Source of the DNA: Alphaproteobacteria bacterium
GTDB lineage: Bacteria; Pseudomonadota; Alphaproteobacteria; JANQMY01
NCBI GenBank assembly: GCA_965227095.1
Contig: CBDDFL010000002.1
Span: forward strand, 3,107 to 67,106
Direction of reading: 5' to 3'
DNA length: 64,000 nucleotides
This document shows positions 38,988-48,399 of the stretch, one piece after another. The notes below the pieces were generated by a model, which was not told where the DNA came from, did not search any database, and saw nothing but the letters and a program-made list of their open reading frames with translations. Position 1 is the stretch's first letter; every line of letters starts with the position of its first letter. The position numbers and the translations under genes were made by a program.

Positions 38988-39706
38988 CAGTAGACCACCC
39001 CCCTACGCACGAGTACTTCTTCTTGTTGAGGCGCGGGAACCTCGACAATCTTGTCGACGAAGATTCCGGGGGTAACTACCGCCTCAGGATCGATGGAGCC
39101 GGGTGCGCGGAGGTTGGAGACCTGCGCAATCGTGCGATCGGCAGCCATCGCCATCAACGGATTGAAGTTCCGGCCAGCCAAACGATAGGTAAGGTTGCCG
39201 GTCTCGTCACCATCATGGCCTTTGATCAGGGCGAAGTCGGCCTTCAACCACAACTCTTGCACGTACATCTTGCCGTCGAACGTCTCTGTCGGCTTGCCTT
39301 CGGCAAGCTCGGTACCAAAAGAAGTTGGCGTATAAAAAGCGGGAATGCCTGCTCCGCGCGCGCGAATGCGTTCGGCCAATGTACCCTGCGGGATCAACTC
39401 GAGCTCGATTTCGCTTGCCAGGTATTTTTCGTTGAATGCCTCGGCGTTGGAGCTGCGCGGGAAAGAGCAGATCATCTTCCTGACCATCCCCGCTTTGATC
39501 ATCGCGGCGATTCCGATCGCGCCGTTTCCCGCGTTATTGTTTATCACGGTAAGATTCTTGGGGCTGCCGGTGGCACGAAAGCGGTCGATTAAAGCGTGGA
39601 TCAGTTCGATCGGGGCTCCGGAGCCTCCAAAGCCACCGATCATAACCTGTACGCCATCGGGGATATCCGCAACCGCGTCAGCGAGGCTGGGCGATGTTTT
39701 GTTCAT
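38987..39706 (-). CDS. pcaI: 3-oxoadipate CoA-transferase subunit A
   Basis: MIGGFG, NNAGNG, CSFPR, PQGTLAERIRA and RNFNP motifs. Confidence 0.93.
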   Translation of the reverse strand: MNKTSPSLADAVADIPDGVQVMIGGFGGSGAPIELIHALIDRFRATGSPKNLTVINNNAGNGAIGIAAMIKAGMVRKMICSFPRSSNAEAFNEKYLASEIELELIPQGTLAERIRARGAGIPAFYTPTSFGTELAEGKPTETFDGKMYVQELWLKADFALIKGHDGDETGNLTYRLAGRNFNPLMAMAADRTIAQVSNLRAPGSIDPEAVVTPGIFVDKIVEVPAPQQEEVLVRRGVVY

Positions 39707-39811
39707 CAGGATCCTCCTTACATTCACTTCGAAATATCCCTAGATTACCGCCGTAGCGAGTAAAATGTTCATATATTGATCTTTTTTCAACATGTGTATA
39801 TCAACGTTCGC

Positions 39812-40570
39812 ATGTTGAACAATCCCACCGACTACATCGCCTCGCTCGCCAAGGGGCTGAAAGTGATCGAAGCCTTCGGACCCACATCCCCGCGTCTTTC
39901 GATATCCGAAGCTGCCGTCGCCAGTGGCTTGGATCGCGCTGCTACGCGACGCGTACTGTTGACGCTCCACCGCGAAGGTTACGCCGACTATGACGGTAAG
40001 TTTTTTACTCTTACCCCGCGCATCCTACGGCTCGGAGTGGCCGCACTTGCTTCCCTACCGCTCTCGCAGATTGTCCAACCTTGGCTTGACCAACTCTCCG
40101 AGCAAATTGGTCAAAGCTGTTCCGTGGCACTGCTCGATGAGACCGAGATCGTGTATATCGCGCGCGCGGCGCAGAAACGTGTGATGTCCATCGGGCTCAT
40201 GCCTGGGTCACGACTCCCCGCCCATTGCACCTCGATGGGAAGGGTTCTGTTGGCTGCGCTGCCTCGCGAAGAGGCTGACCTGCTTGTCAGACGCTCGGAC
40301 CTTACCCCGCGGACCAAGTTCTCAATACTCGACCCAGTTCAGACCTTGTGCCGGATCGATGCTGCGAGAGAGGACGGATATGCGTTTGTGGACCAGGAAG
40401 TGGAAACGGGTTTACGGTCAATCGCTGTTCCGCTGAATGATCGCAAGGGTTTGACCGTCGCTGCTCTCAATATCGGTTTGTCGTCTGCCGGCTGGACACC
40501 GAAGCAGACGATTGAAACATACTTGCCGCACTTGCTTGGCGTCCAATCGGCCCTCGGGCGGGTTCTCTGA
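39812..40570 (+). CDS. pcaR: IclR family regulator PcaR
   Basis: SLAKGLKVIEAF..RAATRR..GSRLPAHCTSMGRVLLA; divergent from pcaIJF. Confidence 0.88.
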   Translation: MLNNPTDYIASLAKGLKVIEAFGPTSPRLSISEAAVASGLDRAATRRVLLTLHREGYADYDGKFFTLTPRILRLGVAALASLPLSQIVQPWLDQLSEQIGQSCSVALLDETEIVYIARAAQKRVMSIGLMPGSRLPAHCTSMGRVLLAALPREEADLLVRRSDLTPRTKFSILDPVQTLCRIDAAREDGYAFVDQEVETGLRSIAVPLNDRKGLTVAALNIGLSSAGWTPKQTIETYLPHLLGVQSALGRVL

Positions 40571-40626
40571 TTGACATTATTTAGAAGTCTAAGTTATTAG
40601 GGCCTCAAGCCGGGAGGATACCTTAG

Positions 40627-42105
40627 ATGGAAAATCTGAAACTAGACGCGAAGCTCTCTCTTCAAGAACCAGCCCATCTCTACTACGGCGGCGCATGGGT
40701 GCCGCCACTAGAGGGAAAGTACGAAGACACTTTCAACCCAGGAACCGGCGAGCGGATCGGGTCGGTTGCGACGGCAAGTCGCGCCGATGTCGATGCGGCG
40801 GTTGCGGCAGCGAAAGAAGGGTTCGAGGTATGGCGGGATGTTGTGCCGCTGGAACGCGCACGTATCCTGAAGGAAATCGCAAATCTCTTGCGAAAGCATG
40901 GCGATGAACTGGCGATGATGGACGCTGCAAACTGTGGCAACCCCTATACTGAAATGCGCGGCGACGCCGCGATTGCGGCAGCGCAGATGGAGTTTTTCGC
41001 CGGTCTTGTGACCGAAATGAAGGGTGATACGATCCCTATGGGACCAGAGCGCATCAACATGACCCTACGCCAGCCGATGGGCGTGGTTGCAAGGATTCTT
41101 GCCTTTAATCATCCGTTCATGTTCTGCGGCGGAAAGATGGCAGCGCCTCTGGCCGCAGGCAATGCCGTCATCATCAAGCCGCCGGTTCAGGCTCCGTTGT
41201 CTTCGCTGCGGCTGGCGGAGCTCATCGATGGCCTGCTGCCTAAAGGCACGTTCAATGTTCTGCCGGGCGGCGTCGAGGCAGGAGCTGGGCTGGCCGAACA
41301 TCCCGACGTCGCCAAGGTCACACTCATCGGCTCCGTACCCGCGGGCCGGGCGGTGATGCGCAGCGCGAGCGACACCGTCAAACCAGTGCTGCTCGAACTC
41401 GGCGGCAAGAACGCGCTGATCGCCTATCCGGACAGCGATCCGAAGAAGATCGCCGATGCGATCGTCGGCGGCATGAATTTCGGCTGGTGCGGGCAATCTT
41501 GCGGATCGACGAGCCGCGCTTTCTTGCATGTAGACATCCACGATGCGGTCATCTCACATCTCAAAGCGGCTGTCGAACGGTACAAGCCAGGCATTCCGAC
41601 AGAGCCGGAGACCACGATGGGGGCGATCGTCAGCCGGACACAGTTCGATCGGATCATGGACTTCATCGAATCCGCCATGAGCGAAGGCGCGCGTGCCGTA
41701 ACCGGCGGCCATGCGGTGACCGAAGGTGCGCTGGCACAGGGAAGCTTCATCGCGCCGACGATTTTTGCGGATGTAACGCCGCAGATGCGTATCGCTCGCG
41801 AAGAGATTTTCGGGCCAGTTCTGGCGGTCCGCAAATGGTCGGACGAAGATTCCATGCTGAACGAGGTCAACGCACTTGAGCTGGGGCTGACCTGCGCAAT
41901 TTGGACTCGGGACTTGGTTACGGCTCATCGCACGGCTGCTCGTGTCGAGGCCGGGTTTGTTTGGGTTAACGAAGTTGGCCGGCATTTCCTTGGTGCCCCG
42001 TTCGGTGGGGTCAAACAATCGGGTATCGGGCGCGAAGAAGGTATTGGCGAGCTGATTTCCTTCACCCATGAAAAGAATGTGCATATCAATCTGTCGGGTC
42101 AGTAA
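40627..42105 (+). CDS. Aldehyde dehydrogenase, 2-carboxybenzaldehyde dehydrogenase (PhdK)-like
   Basis: LELGGKN and EEIFGPV; GVVARILAFNHPF and GMNFGWCGQSCGSTSR recall PhdK. Confidence 0.85.
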   Translation: MENLKLDAKLSLQEPAHLYYGGAWVPPLEGKYEDTFNPGTGERIGSVATASRADVDAAVAAAKEGFEVWRDVVPLERARILKEIANLLRKHGDELAMMDAANCGNPYTEMRGDAAIAAAQMEFFAGLVTEMKGDTIPMGPERINMTLRQPMGVVARILAFNHPFMFCGGKMAAPLAAGNAVIIKPPVQAPLSSLRLAELIDGLLPKGTFNVLPGGVEAGAGLAEHPDVAKVTLIGSVPAGRAVMRSASDTVKPVLLELGGKNALIAYPDSDPKKIADAIVGGMNFGWCGQSCGSTSRAFLHVDIHDAVISHLKAAVERYKPGIPTEPETTMGAIVSRTQFDRIMDFIESAMSEGARAVTGGHAVTEGALAQGSFIAPTIFADVTPQMRIAREEIFGPVLAVRKWSDEDSMLNEVNALELGLTCAIWTRDLVTAHRTAARVEAGFVWVNEVGRHFLGAPFGGVKQSGIGREEGIGELISFTHEKNVHINLSGQ

Positions 42106-42231
42106 CCCGGTGCAGAGGTAATGTGCGAACGGGGTCTGGGATCCAAAAGCTTTTTCTTTATTGATTGCTTTGGCCGGGATGAGACCATCCCTTCCTACCC
42201 TTTCTGCAAACCGACAAGGATCTGAAAAATA

Positions 42232-43083
42232 ATGAGCAATGTTGCGAACGTCCCCGATATCATCCTCGAACCTATGGTTCGGAACGCCATTGTGGAGGAC
42301 CTGGGTGCAGCAGGCGACGTGACAACCCGTTCCGTTCTGCCTGAAGGCACGCGCTACAAGGCGCAAATGCGTGCACGGCAGGACGCGGTTGTTTCTGGGA
42401 TGCAGGTGGCCTCTCTGGCGTTTCGGCTGATTGATCCCGATCTTATTGTCGAGACTGTTGTCGCGGATGGTACGGCCTGCAAAACGGGCGATACCTTGAT
42501 GCGTATAGAGGGATCGGCGGCGTCGATCCTTGCCGCAGAGCGTGTTGCCCTGAACTTTGCCGGGCGGTTGTCCGGGACGGCAACTTTGACAGCGTCCTAT
42601 GTGCAGGAACTTGCGGGTACCAAGACACGTATCACCTGTACACGCAAAACCACACCGGGGCTGAAGCTTGTCGAGAAACTCGCGATTTTGCATGGCGGCG
42701 GCCACAATCACCGGTTTTCCCTGTCCGATGCAATCCTGATCAAGGACAACCATATCGCAGCGGCTGGTGGCATCAAACAGGTGTTGGAAGCCGTTCAGCG
42801 AAATGTGGGTCACATGGTCGTGGTCGAGATCGAGATCGACGGTTTGCATCAGTTGGACGAGGTGCTTCAGACCGGGGGCGCAGATGTCATCATGTTTGAC
42901 AATATGTCGACCGAAGACATGGCCGAAGCCGTAAAGCGCATTGACGGGCGGGCGAAGACAGAAGCCAGCGGGAATGTGACCCTTGGCCGTTTGCGCGAAA
43001 TCGCATCGGCAAATGTGGATTATATTTCCTCCGGTGCTTTGACCCATTCGGCGGGGACCGTCGATTTCGGTTTGGATTTCTGA
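42232..43083 (+). CDS. nadC: Quinolinate phosphoribosyltransferase
   Basis: AERVALN, TRKTTPGL, HRFSLSDAILIKDNH, EASGN and GALTHSA motifs. Confidence 0.95.
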   Translation: MSNVANVPDIILEPMVRNAIVEDLGAAGDVTTRSVLPEGTRYKAQMRARQDAVVSGMQVASLAFRLIDPDLIVETVVADGTACKTGDTLMRIEGSAASILAAERVALNFAGRLSGTATLTASYVQELAGTKTRITCTRKTTPGLKLVEKLAILHGGGHNHRFSLSDAILIKDNHIAAAGGIKQVLEAVQRNVGHMVVVEIEIDGLHQLDEVLQTGGADVIMFDNMSTEDMAEAVKRIDGRAKTEASGNVTLGRLREIASANVDYISSGALTHSAGTVDFGLDF

Positions 43084-43118
43084 TCCTCTGAACCGCTCCA
43101 GACCGTCTGAAATGCAAA

Positions 43119-43142
43119 ATGCCCGCCCTTTCGGCGGGCAAT
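43119..43142 (+). terminator. Hairpin after nadC
   Basis: TGCCCGCC-CTTTC-GGCGGGCA. Confidence 0.55.
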
Positions 43143-43215
43143 AAATACCTATTGCGTACGCCTTTCAAAATGGGGCGCTGCTGCATCAACACTTCATAAG
43201 GAAAGGCCAAAACAC

Positions 43216-44985
43216 ATGACAGAGCACAGGCTGTATCAGGTTGAGCGCCCAGTATCGTCGGATAGTTTGGGAGTTTGGGGTAGCGATGTATTTGCGGATA
43301 TGTTGCGAGGTTTGGGGGTGAAGTATGTTGCGCTGAACCCTGGGTCGAGCTTTCGGGGTTTGCATGACAGCCTTGTGAACCACCTTGGTAATGAAGATCC
43401 GCAGATGCTGTTGTGTCTGCACGAAGAGCATGCGGTTGCGATTGCACATGGCTATGCGAAGGTGACGGGGGAGCCATTGGCGGTGATTCTGCACAGCAAC
43501 GTGGGTCTGATGCATGGGACGATGGCGATCTTCAACGCATGGTGTGATCGGGTTCCTGTGCTGATCTATGGTGCGACGGGGCCGGTTGATGCGGCGCTGC
43601 GGCGTCCTTGGATTGACTGGCTCCATACCTGCCGTGACCAGGCGTCGATGATCCGGAATTATGTGAAATGGGACGATCAGCCTGGCTCGATGGAGGCGGC
43701 GCTGGAATCGATGTTGCGTGCGGATGTGATCGCGCGGAGCGAGCCGAAAGGGCCGACCTATGTGAACTTTGATGTGTCGATCCAGGAAAAGCAGCACGCG
43801 CAGGCCCCGGCGCTGCCGGATTTTGCGCGTTACCAGCCGCCTTTGCCTGCGGCTCCTTCGGCCGAAGGCGTGGCACGTGCGGCGGACCTGCTGAAGAACG
43901 CCAAGGCGCCTGTGGTGCTGGCGGGGCGGGTGTCGCGCGATCCGGCGGATTGGGCGCGGCGTGTGGCCTTTGTCGAGGGGCTGGGGGCGAAGGTTCTGAC
44001 GGATATCCGGATCGGGGCGTCTTTCCCGACGGATCACCCGCGGCATCGGGGTAAACCAGCCTTCTTCATCGACGACGCGGCGGGCGCGGTGCTGCGCGAG
44101 GCCGATGTGATCCTGAGTCTGGACTGGCTGGATGTCGCGGGTACGCTGAAACTGGCGGGCGAAGTGACGGCGCAGGTGATCCAGGCGTCGCTGGATTATC
44201 AGCTGCACAATGGCTGGGGGATGGAGCATCAGGCGCTGCCTGCGCTGGATCTGCACCTGGCCTGTGGCCCGGATGTTGCGATGCATGCGATTGCCGATGC
44301 CCTGGGTGTAGGGGCGGGCGAGATGCCCGGTGATTTGCCGGTCAAACCCGCGCTGAACGCCCCCGATGCAGATGTTGAGCTTGATATCATGACGCTGGCC
44401 GGGGCGCTTGGCGAAGGTTTGGAAGGTGTCTGTGCCAGCTTTGTGCGTTGGCCGTTGGGTTGGGCGGGCGAGGCGTGGCACTTCCGTCATCCGCTGGACT
44501 TCCTGGGTTCGGATGGCGGCGCGGGGATCGGCTCGGGTCCTGGGATGCTGATCGGGGCGGCGCTGGCGCTGAAAGACAGCGACCGGCTGCCTGTTGCGGT
44601 TCTTGGGGACGGCGACTTCATGATGGCGGCCTCGGCATTTTGGACGGCGGCGCATTATGGCACTCCGTTCCTGGCGGTGGTGTCGAACAATCGCTCGTTC
44701 TACAATGACGAGGTGCACCAGGAACGCGTGGCAGTGGCCCGCAACCGCCCGGTCGAGAACAAGTGGATCGGCCAGCGTATCGGTGATCCGGATATCGACA
44801 TTGCCGGAGTTGCGCGGGCGCAGGGCTGCGAAGGGATCGGCCCGGTCTTTACCGCGGGCGAGCTGGTCGAGGCGATCAAACAGGGCGTCGAGATGGTGCG
44901 CGCGGGCAAGAGCGTAGTGATCGATGCACGTGTCCAGCCGGGGTATAACCCCAACATGGTCGCTGGCCTGACGCGGAGCGACTGA
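43216..44985 (+). CDS. Thiamine-diphosphate-dependent enzyme (decarboxylase-like)
   Basis: NPGSSFRGLHDS..HEEHAVAIAHGYAK; GDGD..NN ThDP motif. Confidence 0.9.
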   Translation: MTEHRLYQVERPVSSDSLGVWGSDVFADMLRGLGVKYVALNPGSSFRGLHDSLVNHLGNEDPQMLLCLHEEHAVAIAHGYAKVTGEPLAVILHSNVGLMHGTMAIFNAWCDRVPVLIYGATGPVDAALRRPWIDWLHTCRDQASMIRNYVKWDDQPGSMEAALESMLRADVIARSEPKGPTYVNFDVSIQEKQHAQAPALPDFARYQPPLPAAPSAEGVARAADLLKNAKAPVVLAGRVSRDPADWARRVAFVEGLGAKVLTDIRIGASFPTDHPRHRGKPAFFIDDAAGAVLREADVILSLDWLDVAGTLKLAGEVTAQVIQASLDYQLHNGWGMEHQALPALDLHLACGPDVAMHAIADALGVGAGEMPGDLPVKPALNAPDADVELDIMTLAGALGEGLEGVCASFVRWPLGWAGEAWHFRHPLDFLGSDGGAGIGSGPGMLIGAALALKDSDRLPVAVLGDGDFMMAASAFWTAAHYGTPFLAVVSNNRSFYNDEVHQERVAVARNRPVENKWIGQRIGDPDIDIAGVARAQGCEGIGPVFTAGELVEAIKQGVEMVRAGKSVVIDARVQPGYNPNMVAGLTRSD

Positions 44986-46019
44986 TGATGACCCCGAAGA
45001 TCTATATTGCGCAGGATCCTGTGCTGGAAGAGGTGTTGGACACCGCAACGGATCGGCTGCGGGCCGAAGGCTGGGAGGTCGTTCGCGGCCCCCAGATCAC
45101 CCCGGGTGTTCCGCTGCGGCTGACGGAAGAGCAACGGCAGGCGCTGCTGTCGGACGTTGATATCATCGTGGCCAGCTCGCGGTCGCGGCTGAGCGAGGCG
45201 GATCTGGATGCCTCACCACGGCTGCGGGCGCTGGTCTTTCCGACGATCGGGGTGGATGCGGTCGATCTGGAGGCCTGTGCCGCGCGTGGTCTGATCGTGG
45301 CCAATGGTGCAACGCCCGAGAACTTTCTGGCGATGTCAGAGGCGACAGTGATGCTGATGCTGGTGCTGCTGTACCGGCTGCATGAATCCGAACGCCTGCT
45401 ACGCGAAAATGCGGGCCGGCCGCAGCAGATGTATGCGCGGATGGTGCGGGGCCGGACGATCGGCCTGATCGGGTCTGGCCGGATTGGGGCCGGGGTGATC
45501 GAGCGACTGCTGGCGTTCGAGCCGGCACAGATCCTGGTGCACGATCCGTTCCTGACACCTGACACCGCACCCGCGGGCGTACGGTTGGTGGAGCGCGACG
45601 CGCTGCTGACCACGTCCGATGTGGTCAGCCTGCATGTGCCGCTCAACGCGCAGACGCGAGGCATGATTGCCGAGGCGGAACTGCGCGCGATGAAGACAAA
45701 TGCGGTTCTGATCAACACCTCGCGCGGGGGTCTCATTGACGAGGATGCGCTGGTGCGGGTGATGACAGCAGGACACCTGGCCGGTGCGGGGCTGGACGTG
45801 ACGGAAACCGAACCGCTGCCCGCCGACCACCCGCTGCGCGGCCTCGACCGGGTGATCCTCACCCCGCATATCCTGGGCCACACCATTGATCTCTACACGG
45901 TCATGCCCGACGTCCTCGTCGAAAACGCAACACGCATCATGAAAGGTGATCTGCCGACATATGTCAGGAACCCCGATGTGGTGGAACGCTGGCGACAAAA
46001 GTTGAACGATCTGAACTGA
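44985..46019 (+). CDS. D-2-hydroxyacid dehydrogenase family protein
   Basis: GSGRIG, SLHVPL, INTSRG, LDV..EP and TPHI motifs. Confidence 0.9.
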   Translation: MMTPKIYIAQDPVLEEVLDTATDRLRAEGWEVVRGPQITPGVPLRLTEEQRQALLSDVDIIVASSRSRLSEADLDASPRLRALVFPTIGVDAVDLEACAARGLIVANGATPENFLAMSEATVMLMLVLLYRLHESERLLRENAGRPQQMYARMVRGRTIGLIGSGRIGAGVIERLLAFEPAQILVHDPFLTPDTAPAGVRLVERDALLTTSDVVSLHVPLNAQTRGMIAEAELRAMKTNAVLINTSRGGLIDEDALVRVMTAGHLAGAGLDVTETEPLPADHPLRGLDRVILTPHILGHTIDLYTVMPDVLVENATRIMKGDLPTYVRNPDVVERWRQKLNDLN

Positions 46020-46405
46020 CCAACCCCTCCGCGCGAACGGTGTGCACAGCCGAACTGCAGAGCCTATGTTCCTTGCACCTATTGAATGGCCGTGAACCGC
46101 GCCGGGTTTGCCGGAGGCGTTACACAACGGTTGCCCGGCGCTGTGCGGCACAGTGGTGCAAGGCAGGTGTCGGCGCATGATGGTCGCGTACTGGAAAGCA
46201 ACCGGCGCACAATCCCGACACAGGGGCAAAACCACCCCGGAAGAAAGTCCATACTCGGGCCCAACGATAGGCACCCCGGCTTCCATGTCTTGACTTTGTA
46301 CCAAGGCTCGGCACCTATGTTGCGCGCGCCACAACTCTGGAGTTCTTAGCTATCAAGTCCGGGCGGGCGCGCTGTTTGGATAAAAACCATGTGTGGAGAC
46401 AGGCC

Positions 46406-46933
46406 GTGAGCGATGCGATGAAAGAAAAGCAATCAAGCCACGTACCTGTCCAACCCGACGAGCGCATGGCCCGGCTGGTACGACTGGCGGCCCGCGGGTT
46501 CAACCGGGCGCTTCAACTTCGACTGCAAACGGAAAATGTTACGTTCGGTCAGTGGATTTTCCTGCGCATCCTCTGGCAGGAAGACGGGTTGTCGCAACGC
46601 GAACTGAGCGACCGGGCGCATCTCACCGAACCCACCGCCCACACCGCGCTCATCAAAATGGAAGAATTGGGTTTCATAGAGCGACGCAACGTCGAGGGCA
46701 ACAAACGGCGCCAGCACGCGTTTCTGACGCGGAAGGGCTTGGAGCTGCGCGACGTTCTCGAACCTCTGGCGCTCGAAGTGAACGATGCAGCGATGGCGGG
46801 ACTGTCCAAGAAAGCTCAGGAAGACTTGCGACACGCACTTGCCGTGATGATCCGGAACCTCGAAAATGACGAACAGGATGCGGCCGCCAGAGGGGTCCGT
46901 GTTCCCCCGACCAAGGGCAACACAGCAAACTGA
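46406..46933 (+). CDS. MarR family regulator
   Basis: QWIFLRILWQEDGLSQREL..EPT..GFIERR..FLT; start approximate. Confidence 0.88.
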   Translation: MSDAMKEKQSSHVPVQPDERMARLVRLAARGFNRALQLRLQTENVTFGQWIFLRILWQEDGLSQRELSDRAHLTEPTAHTALIKMEELGFIERRNVEGNKRRQHAFLTRKGLELRDVLEPLALEVNDAAMAGLSKKAQEDLRHALAVMIRNLENDEQDAAARGVRVPPTKGNTAN

Positions 46934-47243
46934 ATCGCGAGCCATGCGTGCCGAGGGTCCGGCGCGGGCCATTCAATGGCGGTGGCGGACATAGAGAGCC
47001 TATGGGGGCGGGGGTTTGAGGCCTGCTGCTCCGGGGCTCCACGGGTTGATAGTGCGTCACGACAAAGCACCTACGCCGGACACACGGCTTCGGCGTGTTC
47101 CGCGTCAGGAACTATGACCTGAGTGGCTTTCGCTGAACAATAATCTCGACTTCAATCAGGGTTGACGGGTGCGAGTGGATAGACTATTGGCATTAAAGAT
47201 AGATATCTAATATTAGATGTCTACTGAAAACAGGGAGGAAGAC

Positions 47244-48233
47244 ATGAAATTTCCAATCAAAGCCGTTGCCGCATCGATCGGCCTTGCGGTTCTTGCGAGC
47301 GCTGCTTCCGCAGAAAGCGTTAATGTGACCCTTTCAGGCGGCAATCCCTCGGGGCTTTGGTCGCTTCTGGGCGCTGGTATTGACCGTGCCGTCAAGGCGG
47401 ATGACCCGAGCGGCGTGGTGACCTATCAGGCCACCGGGGGTGGCTTTGCGAACATCGGCCTTCTGGGCCGTGAACGGACCGACCTGGGGATGGCACATGA
47501 TGCCGAGATCAAGCTGGCCCTCGCAGGGGACGAACCGTTTGACGCGCCGATCGAGAACCTTCAAGCCATCGGCTACATGTACAACTGGGCGCCGATGCAC
47601 TTCTTCATCAAGAAGTCTCTTGCCGAAGAATATGGCATCGACAGCATTGACGACCTCGCGACGTCCGGCGCGGCGATCCGTGTTGCGAACAACAATGCCG
47701 GGAACATCGTCGCCAACATCACGACCTTCATGCTCGAAGAGGCGGGCTACGACGAAGCCACGATCGAGTCCAATGGCGGCGTGCTTGTCCGCGGTGGTTC
47801 GTCACAGCAAGCAGATCTGATTGCAGACGGCCGCACCGATATGGTGATCAACGGCATTTTCATCGGACATTCGTCGTTCCGTAAAGTTGACGAGGGCAAT
47901 GACGTCGTGTTGCTCAGCGTTCCCGAAAACATCATCGCTGCGACCAACGAGCGTTTCGGAACCGGCACGTTCACAATTCCAGCCGACAGCTACAAGAACC
48001 AGACCGAAGATGTCGTCACGCTCGCACTGGGTGCGATGGTAATCACTTCCGATGTACTGCCGGAAGAAACTGGCTACATGCTCGCAAAGAGCATCGCGTC
48101 CAATATCGACGAGATCCGCGGCGTGCATAAGGCGATGCAGGCGCTCACACCGGAACTTCTGACGTCGCAGACCACGCTGCCGTTCCATCCTGGTGCGGAG
48201 CGTGCCTACAAGGAACTGGGTCTGCTCAAGTAA
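47244..48233 (+). CDS. TAXI-family TRAP solute-binding protein
   Basis: Signal peptide; GGNPSG; TGGG..N; PFHPGAERAYKELG C-terminus. Confidence 0.9.
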   Translation: MKFPIKAVAASIGLAVLASAASAESVNVTLSGGNPSGLWSLLGAGIDRAVKADDPSGVVTYQATGGGFANIGLLGRERTDLGMAHDAEIKLALAGDEPFDAPIENLQAIGYMYNWAPMHFFIKKSLAEEYGIDSIDDLATSGAAIRVANNNAGNIVANITTFMLEEAGYDEATIESNGGVLVRGGSSQQADLIADGRTDMVINGIFIGHSSFRKVDEGNDVVLLSVPENIIAATNERFGTGTFTIPADSYKNQTEDVVTLALGAMVITSDVLPEETGYMLAKSIASNIDEIRGVHKAMQALTPELLTSQTTLPFHPGAERAYKELGLLK

Positions 48234-48250
48234 GGTCGATCCCGCGATCC

Positions 48251-48283
48251 GGCCGGCGCGCGCTGCAACGACACGCGCCGGCC
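48251..48283 (+). other. Intercistronic stem-loop
   Basis: GGCCGGCGCG..CGCGCCGGCC between the binding-protein and permease genes. Confidence 0.5.
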
Positions 48284-48399
48284 CACTCATGGACTGCACA
48301 GAGCAATGCCCCGCGGTGGCTACGTGAGATGTCACGTCATGTCATCGCGCGGCCCATACATCGCGGTTCTTTCTCTTCTCTGCCTTATACGGGGTCTAC

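Noticed and set aside
41554-43047. 497-aa minus-strand ORF
   Set aside because: Antisense to the ALDH and nadC; no recognisable domain
43186-45048. 620-aa minus-strand ORF
   Set aside because: Shadow of the ThDP enzyme; Arg/His/Pro-rich composition typical of non-coding frames
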